Of a stretch of DNA of 41,200 nt, positions 16,902-26,717 are shown in pieces. This stretch comes from a virus. Its lineage: Duplodnaviria > Caudoviricetes. Numbering within the stretch: position 1 is the first letter of the stretch; every line of letters starts with the position of its first letter. Both the position numbers and the translations under genes were made by a program. Under the pieces are notes generated by a model that saw only the letters and a list, made by a program, of their open reading frames with translations, ran no database searches and was not told the origin of the DNA. The stretch covers positions 1-41,200 of IMG/VR virus record IMGVR_UViG_3300031949_000085. One strand, given 5' to 3'.

Positions 16902-18971
16902 TCACCCCTTCCTGAGCGCGGAGCCGGCGGCGCGCGGGTTCTTCGCCAGCACCCGCACCACCGCGCGCTCGCCCGCCGGCGACTCGAGGTGCCGCACCAC
17001 CAGGCCCTCCTCGAGCCCGATCGCGACCGACGTCTGGGCCGGGCCCCCGACGCCGGCGCCCGAGACGAACCCCCCGTCGGCGAACCGACGGACTCCCCGG
17101 GGTCCGTTGAGCACCGGCGCCGCGAGCCCCTGGTTCACCGCCTCGAGGGCCTCGAGCATCCCCGGCTGCTGCACGACCGCGGCCCGCACGACGTACTCGC
17201 CGCGCGAGAGCATCGCCGGCACCGAGTCGCTGGTTCCCGTCCCTGGCCCCTCCACGGGGCCGCCCATGGCGTGCGGCGTCGGGAACACGGCGTTGGCGAG
17301 GCTGGTCGCGAGCCGAAGCGTCAGGGCCTGCTGTACCGCCTGGAGCAGCGCCAGGCCGATGTTGCGGACGACGTCGAGCAGCCGCTGGCCCTCGCGCACC
17401 GCGTCGGTCAGCGCGTTCACCAAGCCCTCGCGGAAGGCGTCCTTCGCCGTGGTCCGGAGCTGGCCCACCAGGTCGTCGACGGCGGCGACGTCGGTCTCCA
17501 CCTCGCGCAGCGCCGCGGCGAACTCGAGCGCGCGCTGCTGGGCCTCCTGGTCGAACGGGTTCGCGGCCGCGACCAGCACGAAGCTGCGCAGGATCTCGCG
17601 CAGCACCGGCAGCATCTCCTCCTGGGCGGCGCGCACGCGCTGGGCGCCCTCCTCCTGGGTCAGGAGCCCGGCCGAGACGAGCTGCTCGACCTGGGCGCGG
17701 CGGTCGGCCAGCTCGGCGAGCGCGGTCTCGGCTGTCAGCGACTGCTGGTCGAAGCGCGCCTTCTCGGCCGCCACGCGGGCGCGCTCGCGCTCGGCCGCCA
17801 GGCGCTTGGCCTCGGCCGCCCTCCTCTTCGCCTCGGCGTCCCGCTCGCGCTTGGCGTCGGCGTCCTCGACCACGGGCGCCTCGACCACGCCGCGGCGGAC
17901 GGCCGCGAACCGCCCGGGCTCGGCGAGCAGCAGGAAGCGCTGGCGGCGCTCCGCCTCGCGCACCTCGGCCTCGTCCTCGAGCCGCTTGATCTCGTCGGCG
18001 GCCGCGCGGAAGTTCGCGATCGTCTTGCGCGGGTCCAGCTCGAGCCGGACGTCGAGCGCGGCGAAGAGCTGGCGGAACCCGGTCACCACGTTGTCGACGA
18101 GCTGGGAGACCGTGAGCACCACGAAGCCGATGGTCTGGCCGACCACCTTGCCCCACTCCTTCCAGGCGTCCTGGTTGTCGCCCAGCGTGTCCTGGACGTC
18201 GCCGAGCACCGCGTGCACCGCCGGCGCCAGCCCCTCGACGAAGCGCGCGGCGCCGGCGATGACCTGCTCCTTGATGATGGTGAAGTCGTCGTTGATCGCC
18301 TGGGTCGCGCGCGCCGTGTCCTCGGACAGCAGCACCCCGAACTCCCGGGCCTTGCGGATCGCGCCGTCGAGTCCGCCCTCCCCGCCCAGCTCGTTCAGCA
18401 GCGGGATGACGGCCGCCACCTGGCGCCCGAACACGCGGAAGCCCAGGGCCGTCTTCTCCGGGCTGTCCTCGAGCCGGGCGAACGCCTTGGCGATGAGGTC
18501 GAAGCGCTCGGCCGCGTCCTTCCCCTCGAAGTCGCGCACCTGGAGCCCGAGCGCCTTGAAGTCGCGCGCCGCGTCCTTCGAGCCCGCCTGGAACTCGACC
18601 GTGCGCCGATTCAGGAACACCAGGGCCTTGCCGAGCGTCTCGAGGTCGACGTCGGCCGTCTTCGCGGCGAAGCCGAGCGCCGAGAGGTTGCGCACCGACG
18701 CACCGACCCGCTGCGACATCTTCCCCACCTGGTCGGCCGCCTCGCTCCCCTGCTTCGCGAGCGCGACCAGGGCGCCGATGCCGGCGGCCGCGGCCACCTG
18801 CTGGAGCAGGCGCCGGGTGCCGGCGAGCGCGGTGTTGAACTGGCCGAAGCTGCGCGCCGACGCGGCGCCGGTGCGCTGCGACTCCGACACCACCTTGCGC
18901 AGCGCGGCGACGACCTGGGCCTCGCCCTCGGCGGTCAGCCGGACGCGGACGTCAGGAACCCCGAGGCTCAT
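16902..18971 (-). CDS. Tail tape measure protein
   Basis: Ala-rich helical 689 aa; C-terminal GGPVEGPGTGTSDSVPAMLSRGEYVVRA motif. Confidence 0.92.
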   Translation of the reverse strand: MSLGVPDVRVRLTAEGEAQVVAALRKVVSESQRTGAASARSFGQFNTALAGTRRLLQQVAAAAGIGALVALAKQGSEAADQVGKMSQRVGASVRNLSALGFAAKTADVDLETLGKALVFLNRRTVEFQAGSKDAARDFKALGLQVRDFEGKDAAERFDLIAKAFARLEDSPEKTALGFRVFGRQVAAVIPLLNELGGEGGLDGAIRKAREFGVLLSEDTARATQAINDDFTIIKEQVIAGAARFVEGLAPAVHAVLGDVQDTLGDNQDAWKEWGKVVGQTIGFVVLTVSQLVDNVVTGFRQLFAALDVRLELDPRKTIANFRAAADEIKRLEDEAEVREAERRQRFLLLAEPGRFAAVRRGVVEAPVVEDADAKRERDAEAKRRAAEAKRLAAERERARVAAEKARFDQQSLTAETALAELADRRAQVEQLVSAGLLTQEEGAQRVRAAQEEMLPVLREILRSFVLVAAANPFDQEAQQRALEFAAALREVETDVAAVDDLVGQLRTTAKDAFREGLVNALTDAVREGQRLLDVVRNIGLALLQAVQQALTLRLATSLANAVFPTPHAMGGPVEGPGTGTSDSVPAMLSRGEYVVRAAVVQQPGMLEALEAVNQGLAAPVLNGPRGVRRFADGGFVSGAGVGGPAQTSVAIGLEEGLVVRHLESPAGERAVVRVLAKNPRAAGSALRKG

Positions 18972-19631
18972 GCTCCCCCAGGATGCGCGGGCGCTCGGGC
19001 GGGCGGACCCGCTTCTTCGAGTGCGGCGCGGTCAAGGCCCACATCAGTTGCTCGTGGCGGTAGCCGTCGGCGGCGTCGCTCCTGAGCCGCCACCAGTAGG
19101 CGCGGAGGGCCTCGTCGAGGGGCCAGGAGAGGACGAGCTGGGCGCGGTCGTGGTCGTGGCCGGAGAGGGCTCGGACGAGGGGCGCCCACTCACCGTAGCG
19201 CCCGTCGAGCTGCTGCTCGCCGCCGGCGGGCTGGCGGCCGCGGCGGAAGAGCGAACGGAAGCGACCCAGGAGCCGAGCCCTTCGGCGAAAAAATCGAGCA
19301 GCAGGTTCGCGACCTGCTCGTAGACCTTGGCCTTCTCGACTGGGTCCTCGAGGCCGCCGAGGTGCCCGGCCGTCGCGTAGGCCAGATCCTCGTCCCACTG
19401 CTCGGGCTTGGTCCCCGCCGGCCACAGCAGCGCGCCGAGGAGCAGCAGGGCCCGGCCGCTGGAGAGGCACGATGAGAGCAGTCGCTCCATGTACGCCTCG
19501 GGCGTCTCGCCCTCGCAGATCGGTCCGAGCCCTGCGTGTCGCGCGTGCTGCATCACGAAGAGGTCCAGCCGGACCGTAGTCGGTCCGGCCCGGACGTATT
19601 CCCGTCCGCCGAGGGAGAGTTTCTCGGCCAT
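18952..19631 (-). CDS. Tail assembly chaperone pair (G 19044-19631; GT via -1 frameshift to 18952)
   Basis: Between tail tube and tape measure; slippery T-TTT-TTC at 19287-19293; -1 frame stays open to 18952. Confidence 0.75.
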
Positions 19632-19653
19632 CGGGTCCTCCTTCCCCGCGGCG

Positions 19654-20460
19654 CTAGGCCGCGATCTCCTCGACCACGTAGTTCGGCTCGTTCGGGTGGT
19701 TCGCGGCGTCCGATAGCACGCGGCCGCGGATGCGGAACTCGCCGTAGTCGTCGCCGAAGAGCGGCAGCTCACCGTCGGGGCTCAGGCTCGCGATCCACAC
19801 CTGGACGTGCTGCGTGGGCCCGGTCGCCGGCTCGCCGACGACGCGCACGTAGGCCTCGATGAAGTTCGAGACGCCGCCGCGCACGTAGGGCTGGACGTCG
19901 GCCGCGATGGTCGCGTAGGCGAAGTCGACCTCGAGGCCGCCGCCGTTCGCGATCGCGCCCGCCGGGATGACGTAGATCCGGCCGATGACGGTGTCGACGA
20001 TGTAGTCGGTGCCCGCGACGTAGACCGGCGTCGCCGAGGGCCCGGTGACCACGACCGTCGAGACGCTTCGCCGCGGCGTGCCGATCGGGTCCTCGAGCGG
20101 GAACCAGTAGCCCTTCTTCACCCGCGCCGCCGGCGGGACGTAGTTCGTCGCCGACGCGCCGGTCTGCTGGTAGCTGGTCCTGGTCCCCATGAATGCCAGC
20201 TCGAGGTTCTCCGGATTCCACTCCGAGAGCAGCATCGAGATCTCGGTGGTGCGGCGCCCGTTGACCGACTTGAGCAGCGGCGACGTGGCCTGGGTGGTGT
20301 CGTACTTGTCCCTGACCTCGTCGGAGGTCTGGATCGTGAAAGCGTCGCACACGCCGACCAGGCGCTCGCCGGTGCGCGCCCGGTTCGCGTCGAGGCGGTC
20401 CACGTAGACTTTGCCGCGGCCGATGTAGACGTCGGCGGCGTTGGCGGTGTTCTGAGGCAT
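19654..20460 (-). CDS. Major tail tube protein
   Basis: YIGRGKVY...ERLVG, PENLELAF, LSPDGELPLFGDDYGEF; GGAGGAG RBS. Confidence 0.85.
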   Translation of the reverse strand: MPQNTANAADVYIGRGKVYVDRLDANRARTGERLVGVCDAFTIQTSDEVRDKYDTTQATSPLLKSVNGRRTTEISMLLSEWNPENLELAFMGTRTSYQQTGASATNYVPPAARVKKGYWFPLEDPIGTPRRSVSTVVVTGPSATPVYVAGTDYIVDTVIGRIYVIPAGAIANGGGLEVDFAYATIAADVQPYVRGGVSNFIEAYVRVVGEPATGPTQHVQVWIASLSPDGELPLFGDDYGEFRIRGRVLSDAANHPNEPNYVVEEIAA

Positions 20461-20497
20461 CGGTCTCCTCCCCGGGCTCGGCGCCCGCTCGGTCGTC

Positions 20498-20935
20498 CTA
20501 CTTCACCAGCTCGACGTTGGCTGCCAGGTACTGGTACTCCACCAGGAACTCGACCGTGAGGAGGCACAGCGGCCGGTCCCCCTGGTCGTACTGGAACGTG
20601 TTGTCGCCCTCGGTGGTCTTGAGCGCGAGCCCGCCGAACTTGTTCCCGACCAGCTTCGAGACCGCCCAGACGTACAGCGGGTCGACCGCCTGATCGGGCC
20701 GCGCCACCGCGGAGCCCAGTGCCCGCAGCTCGACCAGCAGCGTGAGCCGCGAGCGCGTCACCAGGCCCTCGAGGAACGGGTTCTCTTTGGGGTCGCGCAC
20801 CGGGTAGACCACGCCGCGCGGTAGGTCCGCGTCCACCAGCGCGACGCTGCGAGTGCGCTCGAAGGCGCAGGGCGGGACGCCGGCGTTGAGCGCCGCGACC
20901 GCCGCCACTACGAGCTGCTCGCGGACGCTGCTCAC
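20498..20935 (-). CDS. Tail terminator (gpU-like)
   Basis: VREQLV.A..AAL start, immediately upstream of tail tube gene. Confidence 0.7.
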   Translation of the reverse strand: MSSVREQLVVAAVAALNAGVPPCAFERTRSVALVDADLPRGVVYPVRDPKENPFLEGLVTRSRLTLLVELRALGSAVARPDQAVDPLYVWAVSKLVGNKFGGLALKTTEGDNTFQYDQGDRPLCLLTVEFLVEYQYLAANVELVK

Positions 20936-21261
20936 GCCGGCACCCACTTCCCGTCGCGCACGAACGCGTGGTCGCCGCAATGGCACAGCAGCGACGGCGA
21001 GAGCGTCAGCGGCTCCCAGGATTCGACCGTCCAGACGCTCGAGCGCCCCGGCTCGACCTGCTGCTGGACGAGGCCGGCGAACGTCACCGCGGCCACGCAT
21101 GGCCTGCCGTCGCCCTTGCCCGGGTGGCGGATGACGGCCCCGTACCGCTCGACGTCGGGCACGCCGGCGAAGCGCTCCGCGTTCTGCGGGATCGCGCGGT
21201 CCGGCTTCCAGCTCGTGAACTCGAGCGTGTGGTCGTGGCCGAGGTCGATCGACTCGCTCAC
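20932..21261 (-). CDS. DUF6527-like Zn-binding protein
   Basis: W...EPLTLSPSLLCHCGDHAFVRDGKW C-terminal motif. Confidence 0.6.
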   Translation of the reverse strand: MSESIDLGHDHTLEFTSWKPDRAIPQNAERFAGVPDVERYGAVIRHPGKGDGRPCVAAVTFAGLVQQQVEPGRSSVWTVESWEPLTLSPSLLCHCGDHAFVRDGKWVPA

Positions 21262-21482
21262 CGCGGAAGCACCGGGCAGGGGATCGAGTCGAGCGGTGGC
21301 GGCCAGCTCGGGTGGTCCACCGGCCGACAGTCCGAGCGTGGCGGGTCGCAATCCTCGTCGTCGTCATGGTCCTCGACCTCGGGCGCGAGCGGCGCGCAGT
21401 GGTCGACGTCGGGCCCGCACGCCGGCGCCGCGCAGCACGCGAGCGCCAGGAGCAGCGCGAGCAGGATCCTGTTCGCCTTCAT
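21258..21482 (-). CDS. Small Cys/Pro-rich exported protein, possible lipoprotein
   Basis: MKANRILLALLLALACC signal-like N-terminus; GAGGAGG RBS. Confidence 0.55.
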   Translation of the reverse strand: MKANRILLALLLALACCAAPACGPDVDHCAPLAPEVEDHDDDEDCDPPRSDCRPVDHPSWPPPLDSIPCPVLPR

Positions 21483-21498
21483 CCCTCCTCCTCCTCTC

Positions 21499-21795
21499 CT
21501 AGCTGACCGTCCCGATCGCGACCCGCACCGGCAGGCCGTCGTCGAGGTCGCGGAACGCCAGGATCTTGTAGGCGACGCCGTCGACGGTGATGTCACCGCC
21601 GCTGGCGAGCGCGAACTTGCCCTTCTCGACCAGCACGGTCCGCGACTTCCCGACGTGCTCGGCCAGCTCGCCGGTCAGCATCGTCTCGTCGGGCGCGTCC
21701 ATCAGACCGAAGTCGCTGACCGCCCCGACCACCACGGGGACGCCGGCGATCCGCAGCGCCTGGCGGAAGTCCGACGCCCCGTAGAAGGTCGGCAT
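21499..21795 (-). CDS. Head-tail joining protein (gpFII-like)
   Basis: GGDITVDGVAYKI...DDG pattern; position after capsid genes. Confidence 0.75.
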   Translation of the reverse strand: MPTFYGASDFRQALRIAGVPVVVGAVSDFGLMDAPDETMLTGELAEHVGKSRTVLVEKGKFALASGGDITVDGVAYKILAFRDLDDGLPVRVAIGTVS

Positions 21796-21799
21796 GATG

Positions 21800-22189
21800 C
21801 TACGGCCGGTACTTCTTCATCGCCGCGACCGTCGAGCCGTAGTTGTGGCTCGGCGTGTTCGAGGCGGTGCCGATGAACCGGATGAACCGCTTGACGATCC
21901 CGACCTCGAGCGTCTTGGACACGAGGAAGTCGGTGCCCGCGACGATCGACGCGAACGCGCTGTCGAGCGCGCCGGCCGGGATCACCACCCAGCCCGTCGT
22001 GCCATCGGCCGAGTCCTCGATCGTCGGAAGCAGGTCTCCGGTGACGCGGACGCCGTGCAGGATGATCTTGGCGAGGCCGTCGTAGTTGAGCAAGTCGAGC
22101 GCGGTTCCGGTCAGCGTCGAGGTGCGCGCCGCGACGGGCGCGAGCGCCACGACGTCGACGATCGCGGGCGCGTATGCGGAAGCAGGCAT
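21800..22189 (-). CDS. Putative capsid cement/decoration protein
   Basis: TGTALDL..YDG...IEDSADG..W...KRFIR pattern; AAAGGA RBS. Confidence 0.65.
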   Translation of the reverse strand: MPASAYAPAIVDVVALAPVAARTSTLTGTALDLLNYDGLAKIILHGVRVTGDLLPTIEDSADGTTGWVVIPAGALDSAFASIVAGTDFLVSKTLEVGIVKRFIRFIGTASNTPSHNYGSTVAAMKKYRP

Positions 22190-22207
22190 GTCTGTGGTCC
22201 TTTCGTT

Positions 22208-22480
22208 TTACCGCGGCCGCGGCGTGCGCGGCCGCTGACTGCGGCGCGGTGGCGCCGGGTCGCGGTGCGTCGGGGACGCGCCCTGGGTCGTGACGACCCC
22301 CTGGCCCCCCCCCGCCTCGGGGTGCTCGGGCGCGGTTGCCGGCCTCGAGGTCGGCTCCACCTTGCCCTGCGAGATCTTCAGCCTGGCCTCGGGGTCGGGA
22401 AGCTCGAACACCTGGCCGCACTCGACGTCCCGGCCGTGGCCGAGGCTGAAAGACTTGAGCGCCTTCACCTTCACGATCAC
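22208..22480 (-). CDS. Small post-capsid protein
   Basis: KVKALKSF...GQVFELPDPEARLKISQGKVE; GGAGGA RBS. Confidence 0.65.
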   Translation of the reverse strand: MIVKVKALKSFSLGHGRDVECGQVFELPDPEARLKISQGKVEPTSRPATAPEHPEAGGGQGVVTTQGASPTHRDPAPPRRSQRPRTPRPR

Positions 22481-22491
22481 TCCTCCCCATC

Positions 22492-22525
22492 GCGGGGCCG
22501 GCCGGGGGAATGTCGGCCGGCCCGC
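22492..22525 (-). promoter_or_regulatory. GC hairpin after capsid gene
   Basis: GCGGGCCGGCCG / CGGCCGGCCCCGC inverted repeat, no U-tract. Confidence 0.45.
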
Positions 22526-22544
22526 TCAGGTTGTCACGCGCCGG

Positions 22545-25001
22545 TTAGAACGGCCCGGTCGCGCCCGTCCACTTACAGAAGCTCTCCCCGTGGCGGAAGA
22601 TGATGTCGGCCATCTGGAAGCTGGTCACCTCGATCAGCCCCTTCTTCTTCTGGGCGTAGGGGTCGACCACCAGCTCCATCGCGGCGAACATGCCGATGAC
22701 GACGTCGCGCCAGTTGCCGAACACGGCGCCGTGGTCGGCGCCGCCGGTCTCCTCGCTCCCGGTCATCGCCTTGCTGAGCTGGTTCGTGCCCATGGCACGG
22801 TAGCCGTCGAGGACGCCCTCGACGATCGTGCCACGGTAGATCGGCTCGGTCGAGCCGGTGAAGGCCGGGATCGTCTTCAGCTTCCCGATGAGCCCCGGCG
22901 TGAGCGCCCACCCGATGGTGCCGAGCAGGGCGTTGTCCTCGGCCACCGCGACCGAGGTCTGGATCACGTCGTCGGCGTCGGGCGCGCCGCCGCCCACCGC
23001 GCGTACGTTGACGTCCGGGGCCTTGTAGATGCCCATCGGCTCGCCCGCGGCGCCCAGGCCGTAGAACACCGTCTTGTCGAGCCGCAGCGCGTGCGCGACC
23101 GCGAACTCTTCGCGGATCATCGCCTCGATGTCGAGGCTCGACTGCACCAGGAGCTGGCGCGAGTAGGCGGTGGTGCCCTGGAGCGTCTTCGGGATCATGT
23201 TCACGAGCCCGAAGGCGACGTCCGAGGCGGTGACGTCGGTCGCCGGGTTCTCACCCACCCAGAAGACCGACAGGCCTCCGGACTGCTTGGTGAACCCGAT
23301 CGGGCCCATCAGGTTGCCCATCAGCCGGGCCCCGAGGCGTGCGACCACGGCGGTGTTGCGGAGCAGCTCGATCAGCTCGCCGGGGCGCTCGAACACCGTC
23401 TCCGTCCCCTTCGTGAGCGTCTTCGAGTCGAGCGTGCGCTGCCCGGCCGCGAGCGCCGCGCGCTGCTCGTACTCCTGCCAGCGCTCCTCGTCGCTGCGGC
23501 GGTCCATCGGCACCAGGATGCCGCCCTTGATCGGCTTCTGCTGCTCGCGCCGGATCATCTCCTGGTGGTACTCGCCCTCGACGCCCTTCGGGTCCTGCCC
23601 GGCGCGCATCCCCTCGCCGGTGAGGATCGCGCGCGCGAACGAGTAGCGCTTGCGGTCCCGCAGTGGCAGGTCGTTGTTGAGATTCTCGGCGGACGGCTGC
23701 GCCGTTCCGATGGTCCGCACCTTCTTGATGATCTCGCGCGAGACCTGCTCGGGCGTCAGGCCGGCCTCGATCCACGCCTTGCGCTGCGCGCGGTCGATCT
23801 TGTTGTCGTCGCACATCTCGGCGATCTCGGCGGTGTCCTTGTCGCGGTTGCGGAGCGGCTCGTCCAGCACCGCGACTGCTCCCTTGCCGCCACCGCTCGC
23901 GGCTCGGACCTGCTCGGCGGTCGCCGCCGGCCGCGAGTCCTCTTCCGGGACCTCGATGACGGCCCCGCGCTCGTCGATGATCTTCTTCTTCATCGTTTCC
24001 TCCCGGGCGGATGGGCCGCCCCCGGTTGAGGCCGGCCGTCTGCCGGCCACGCTTCGGCCTACGCCAACAGTGATGTCCGCGGCAGCGCTGACGATCGAGA
24101 CCTCGACCGGCTGCCAGCGGGTGATGCGGTACACGTCTTCGATGATCGGCCGGCCCTTCTCGTCCTTCCCCACCTCGCGGGGTTCGTACTCGTAGTCCTT
24201 GATGAAGTAGCCGACCGAGATCTGCGTGCGGGTCTTCTCCTCGACGTCGCGCTCGACGTCGCGCGCCTGCTGGTGCGAGGAGAAGCGCGCGTAGGCTCGG
24301 GCTTTCTTGTCGGCGTCGACTCGGAAGGTCCCGGGCTCGATGACGCCGACGTGCTGGTCGTAGTCGTGGTTGACCAGCAGCGAGGCGCCGATGCCCATCC
24401 GCGCCTCGTCGATCGCGCCGTCCTCATGGCTCAGGATCTCGATGCCGAACCAGCGCTCGATCTCGGCCTCGGACGAGATCGCGACCTCGTACATCGTCCG
24501 GCCCTTGTGCTTGTCGTCCTCCTCGTCCTTCGGCCGCGCGCCGGCCGCGGGGAGCCCGCGGGCGGCCGCCTCCTCGGGTTTGACCGCGTGCGCGTCCATC
24601 GCGAAGAGCGCGTAGCGCATCTCGGTGACATCGAACGGGAGCGAGCGACGCCGCGCCGGCGAGACGGCCTGGGCCTGCCGCCCGGCCTTCTTCTGGCACA
24701 CGACCGCCTGGACCCCGTCGGTGAGCTGGATCGTCGCGAAGGTCTCCCCGTTGTCGAGCGCGCCCTCGGCGCAGTCGCCGGGATCGAACTGCCGGAATCG
24801 GTAGCTGTCCTCGGTCTCGTCCACCTTGTCGGTGCGGAAGCCGTGCTCGCGGCACCACGAGGAGGCCGCGGCCACGGTCGCGAACTTCTCGCGCGAGCAG
24901 ATGACGGTCTGCACCTCGGCGCCCTCCGCGCGGATCGCGCGCAGCACTTCGGCGAAGCCCATCCCCTTGGTCACCTCGATCGTCAGCCCGGAGCAGCACA
25001 T
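22545..25001 (-). CDS. Prohead protease - major capsid fusion (HK97 fold), internal capsid start at 23993
   Basis: Protease SSE..IERWFGIEILSH, LLVNHD, ISVGY, W.PVEVSIVS..AD..VGVGRS; capsid WVGE, PKTL, FGNW.DVVIGMFAAMELVVDPY. Confidence 0.92.
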   Translation of the reverse strand: MCCSGLTIEVTKGMGFAEVLRAIRAEGAEVQTVICSREKFATVAAASSWCREHGFRTDKVDETEDSYRFRQFDPGDCAEGALDNGETFATIQLTDGVQAVVCQKKAGRQAQAVSPARRRSLPFDVTEMRYALFAMDAHAVKPEEAAARGLPAAGARPKDEEDDKHKGRTMYEVAISSEAEIERWFGIEILSHEDGAIDEARMGIGASLLVNHDYDQHVGVIEPGTFRVDADKKARAYARFSSHQQARDVERDVEEKTRTQISVGYFIKDYEYEPREVGKDEKGRPIIEDVYRITRWQPVEVSIVSAAADITVGVGRSVAGRRPASTGGGPSAREETMKKKIIDERGAVIEVPEEDSRPAATAEQVRAASGGGKGAVAVLDEPLRNRDKDTAEIAEMCDDNKIDRAQRKAWIEAGLTPEQVSREIIKKVRTIGTAQPSAENLNNDLPLRDRKRYSFARAILTGEGMRAGQDPKGVEGEYHQEMIRREQQKPIKGGILVPMDRRSDEERWQEYEQRAALAAGQRTLDSKTLTKGTETVFERPGELIELLRNTAVVARLGARLMGNLMGPIGFTKQSGGLSVFWVGENPATDVTASDVAFGLVNMIPKTLQGTTAYSRQLLVQSSLDIEAMIREEFAVAHALRLDKTVFYGLGAAGEPMGIYKAPDVNVRAVGGGAPDADDVIQTSVAVAEDNALLGTIGWALTPGLIGKLKTIPAFTGSTEPIYRGTIVEGVLDGYRAMGTNQLSKAMTGSEETGGADHGAVFGNWRDVVIGMFAAMELVVDPYAQKKKGLIEVTSFQMADIIFRHGESFCKWTGATGPF

Positions 25002-25017
25002 CGGTCGTTGCCCTCCC

Positions 25018-26712
25018 CTAGCGTCGCCTGGTACCGCGCTTCTCGAGTAGCGCGGCGACCCTCGATCTGCGCGGGTGGCCGTCGCCGTTCCCGTTCCTGG
25101 TCTCGCCGCCCTCGACCGTGCCGGCCCCCTCGTCCTCGGTCTTCTTGCCGCCGGCGCCGGCGAACAGCGAGCTGGCCGTCGGTTTGGGACCGCTCACGTC
25201 GACGTCGTAGTCCGCCGCCAGCTTCTCCTCCTCGGCCAGCTTCTCGAGCACCTCCTCGTAGTCCTTCCCCTGCTCGGCGAGGATGTCGGTGCGGCAGTCC
25301 AGCCCGGTCTGGATCGCGTCGACGTTCGACTTCATCTCCTTCTCCGGGTCGACCGGCTGCCAGCCGCGCGGGGTGAACTTGACCGCCGAGAACTTGCTCA
25401 CCGTCCGCGAGTCGAGCACCAGGGCGCCGGACAGCAACGCCATGTTGAGCCACTCGACGTAGACGCGGCGGACGAACGCGCGGCCGACCACCCACTGCTG
25501 GATCGTCTTCCACATCTCGCGCTCGAGCGACATCCCCGACCGCATCGACGAGTAGTTCACGCCCTCGAGGTCGGAGTTCAGGGCGTTGTAGCTGACGCTG
25601 AGCCCGGTCGCGATCTCGCGCAGCTTGGCCTTCACGTAGGCCGAGAAGGCGGTGGTCGGGTGCTCCGGCGTCCAGGCCTCGAACGTGTAGCCGTCGGGGG
25701 CGAAGTCCATCAGCCCCGGGTTCGCCTCGATCGCGATCCGGTTCTCCGCGTCCGGCGTGGCGCCCTCGCCGATGGTCGGCGCGTCGCCCTTCTTCACGAA
25801 CCACCCCTGCTTGGCGGCCGCCGTGCGCGCCGCCACCAGCTCGGCCTCGCTGTAGCCGCCCAGCATCTTGAGGTTCATCGCGACCGCCAGGAACCACGGC
25901 AGGCCGCGCGTCTGGTTCGGTCGCTCCTGGTCGTAGAGGTGGATGATCTGGTCCGCCGGCAGGCGTTCGCGCTCGCGCGGCATCCAGTCCATGCCGATGA
26001 TCTTCTCCGGCCGGTTCCAGACGTGGTAGCCGGTCGGGCGCCCGAAGGCGTCGACCTCGACGCCCATGCGCACCTCGCGCTCCTCGTCCCCGTCGCGGCC
26101 GCGCGGGATGTTGTAGCGCTCGTCGAGCTGGTCCGGATCGATCGCCTCGAGGGCGAAACCGAAGCGGTTCTTCTCGAACCCGCGCCACAGGCGCGTGATG
26201 CCCTCCCCGTCTCGCGCCGTGCCCTTGAGGGTCTGGCGCGTGTAGGCCGCGAACGAGAGCCGGCCGTCGACGGTGCACTCCTCGCACCACTCGGCCCACC
26301 CGTCCTCGATCTTGTCGTTGATCCGGCGGTTGAGGTCGCCGCTGTTGTCGCGCACCTGGGCCTGGTGTTTGGGCCCGACGGGTCCCACCACGTTCACCGC
26401 GAGCATGTTCAGGAAGTGCCGCGCGTAGGGGTCGTTGCGCGACAGCTCGCCACAGCGCGCGCGCAGCCGGCGCAGGCTCCACCGCATCTCGTCGTCGGGG
26501 TGCATGATGGTCGCGACCCAGTCAGCGGTCAGGCGGCTCACCTCGGCGGCCTTGAACGTCTCGCGGCGCGCGGGCCGGGACCGCTCCTCGCGCAGCAGGC
26601 GCGCGGTCCGGCGCTGCGCCAGGTCAGCGCTCCGCGCGCACTCCTCGAACGACATGCGGGCCGGGACCCCGGAGCGCCCGACGGGGAGGGGGGATCGGCT
26701 CGTGCCCCGCAT
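25018..26712 (-). CDS. Lambda-family portal protein
   Basis: LRARCGELSRNDPYA, RDGEG, GVEVDAFGRPTGYHV, RPNQTRGLPW, VNYSSMR, VDPEKE; start 26712 or 26656. Confidence 0.93.
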   Translation of the reverse strand: MRGTSRSPLPVGRSGVPARMSFEECARSADLAQRRTARLLREERSRPARRETFKAAEVSRLTADWVATIMHPDDEMRWSLRRLRARCGELSRNDPYARHFLNMLAVNVVGPVGPKHQAQVRDNSGDLNRRINDKIEDGWAEWCEECTVDGRLSFAAYTRQTLKGTARDGEGITRLWRGFEKNRFGFALEAIDPDQLDERYNIPRGRDGDEEREVRMGVEVDAFGRPTGYHVWNRPEKIIGMDWMPRERERLPADQIIHLYDQERPNQTRGLPWFLAVAMNLKMLGGYSEAELVAARTAAAKQGWFVKKGDAPTIGEGATPDAENRIAIEANPGLMDFAPDGYTFEAWTPEHPTTAFSAYVKAKLREIATGLSVSYNALNSDLEGVNYSSMRSGMSLEREMWKTIQQWVVGRAFVRRVYVEWLNMALLSGALVLDSRTVSKFSAVKFTPRGWQPVDPEKEMKSNVDAIQTGLDCRTDILAEQGKDYEEVLEKLAEEEKLAADYDVDVSGPKPTASSLFAGAGGKKTEDEGAGTVEGGETRNGNGDGHPRRSRVAALLEKRGTRRR

Positions 26713-26717
26713 CGCTC

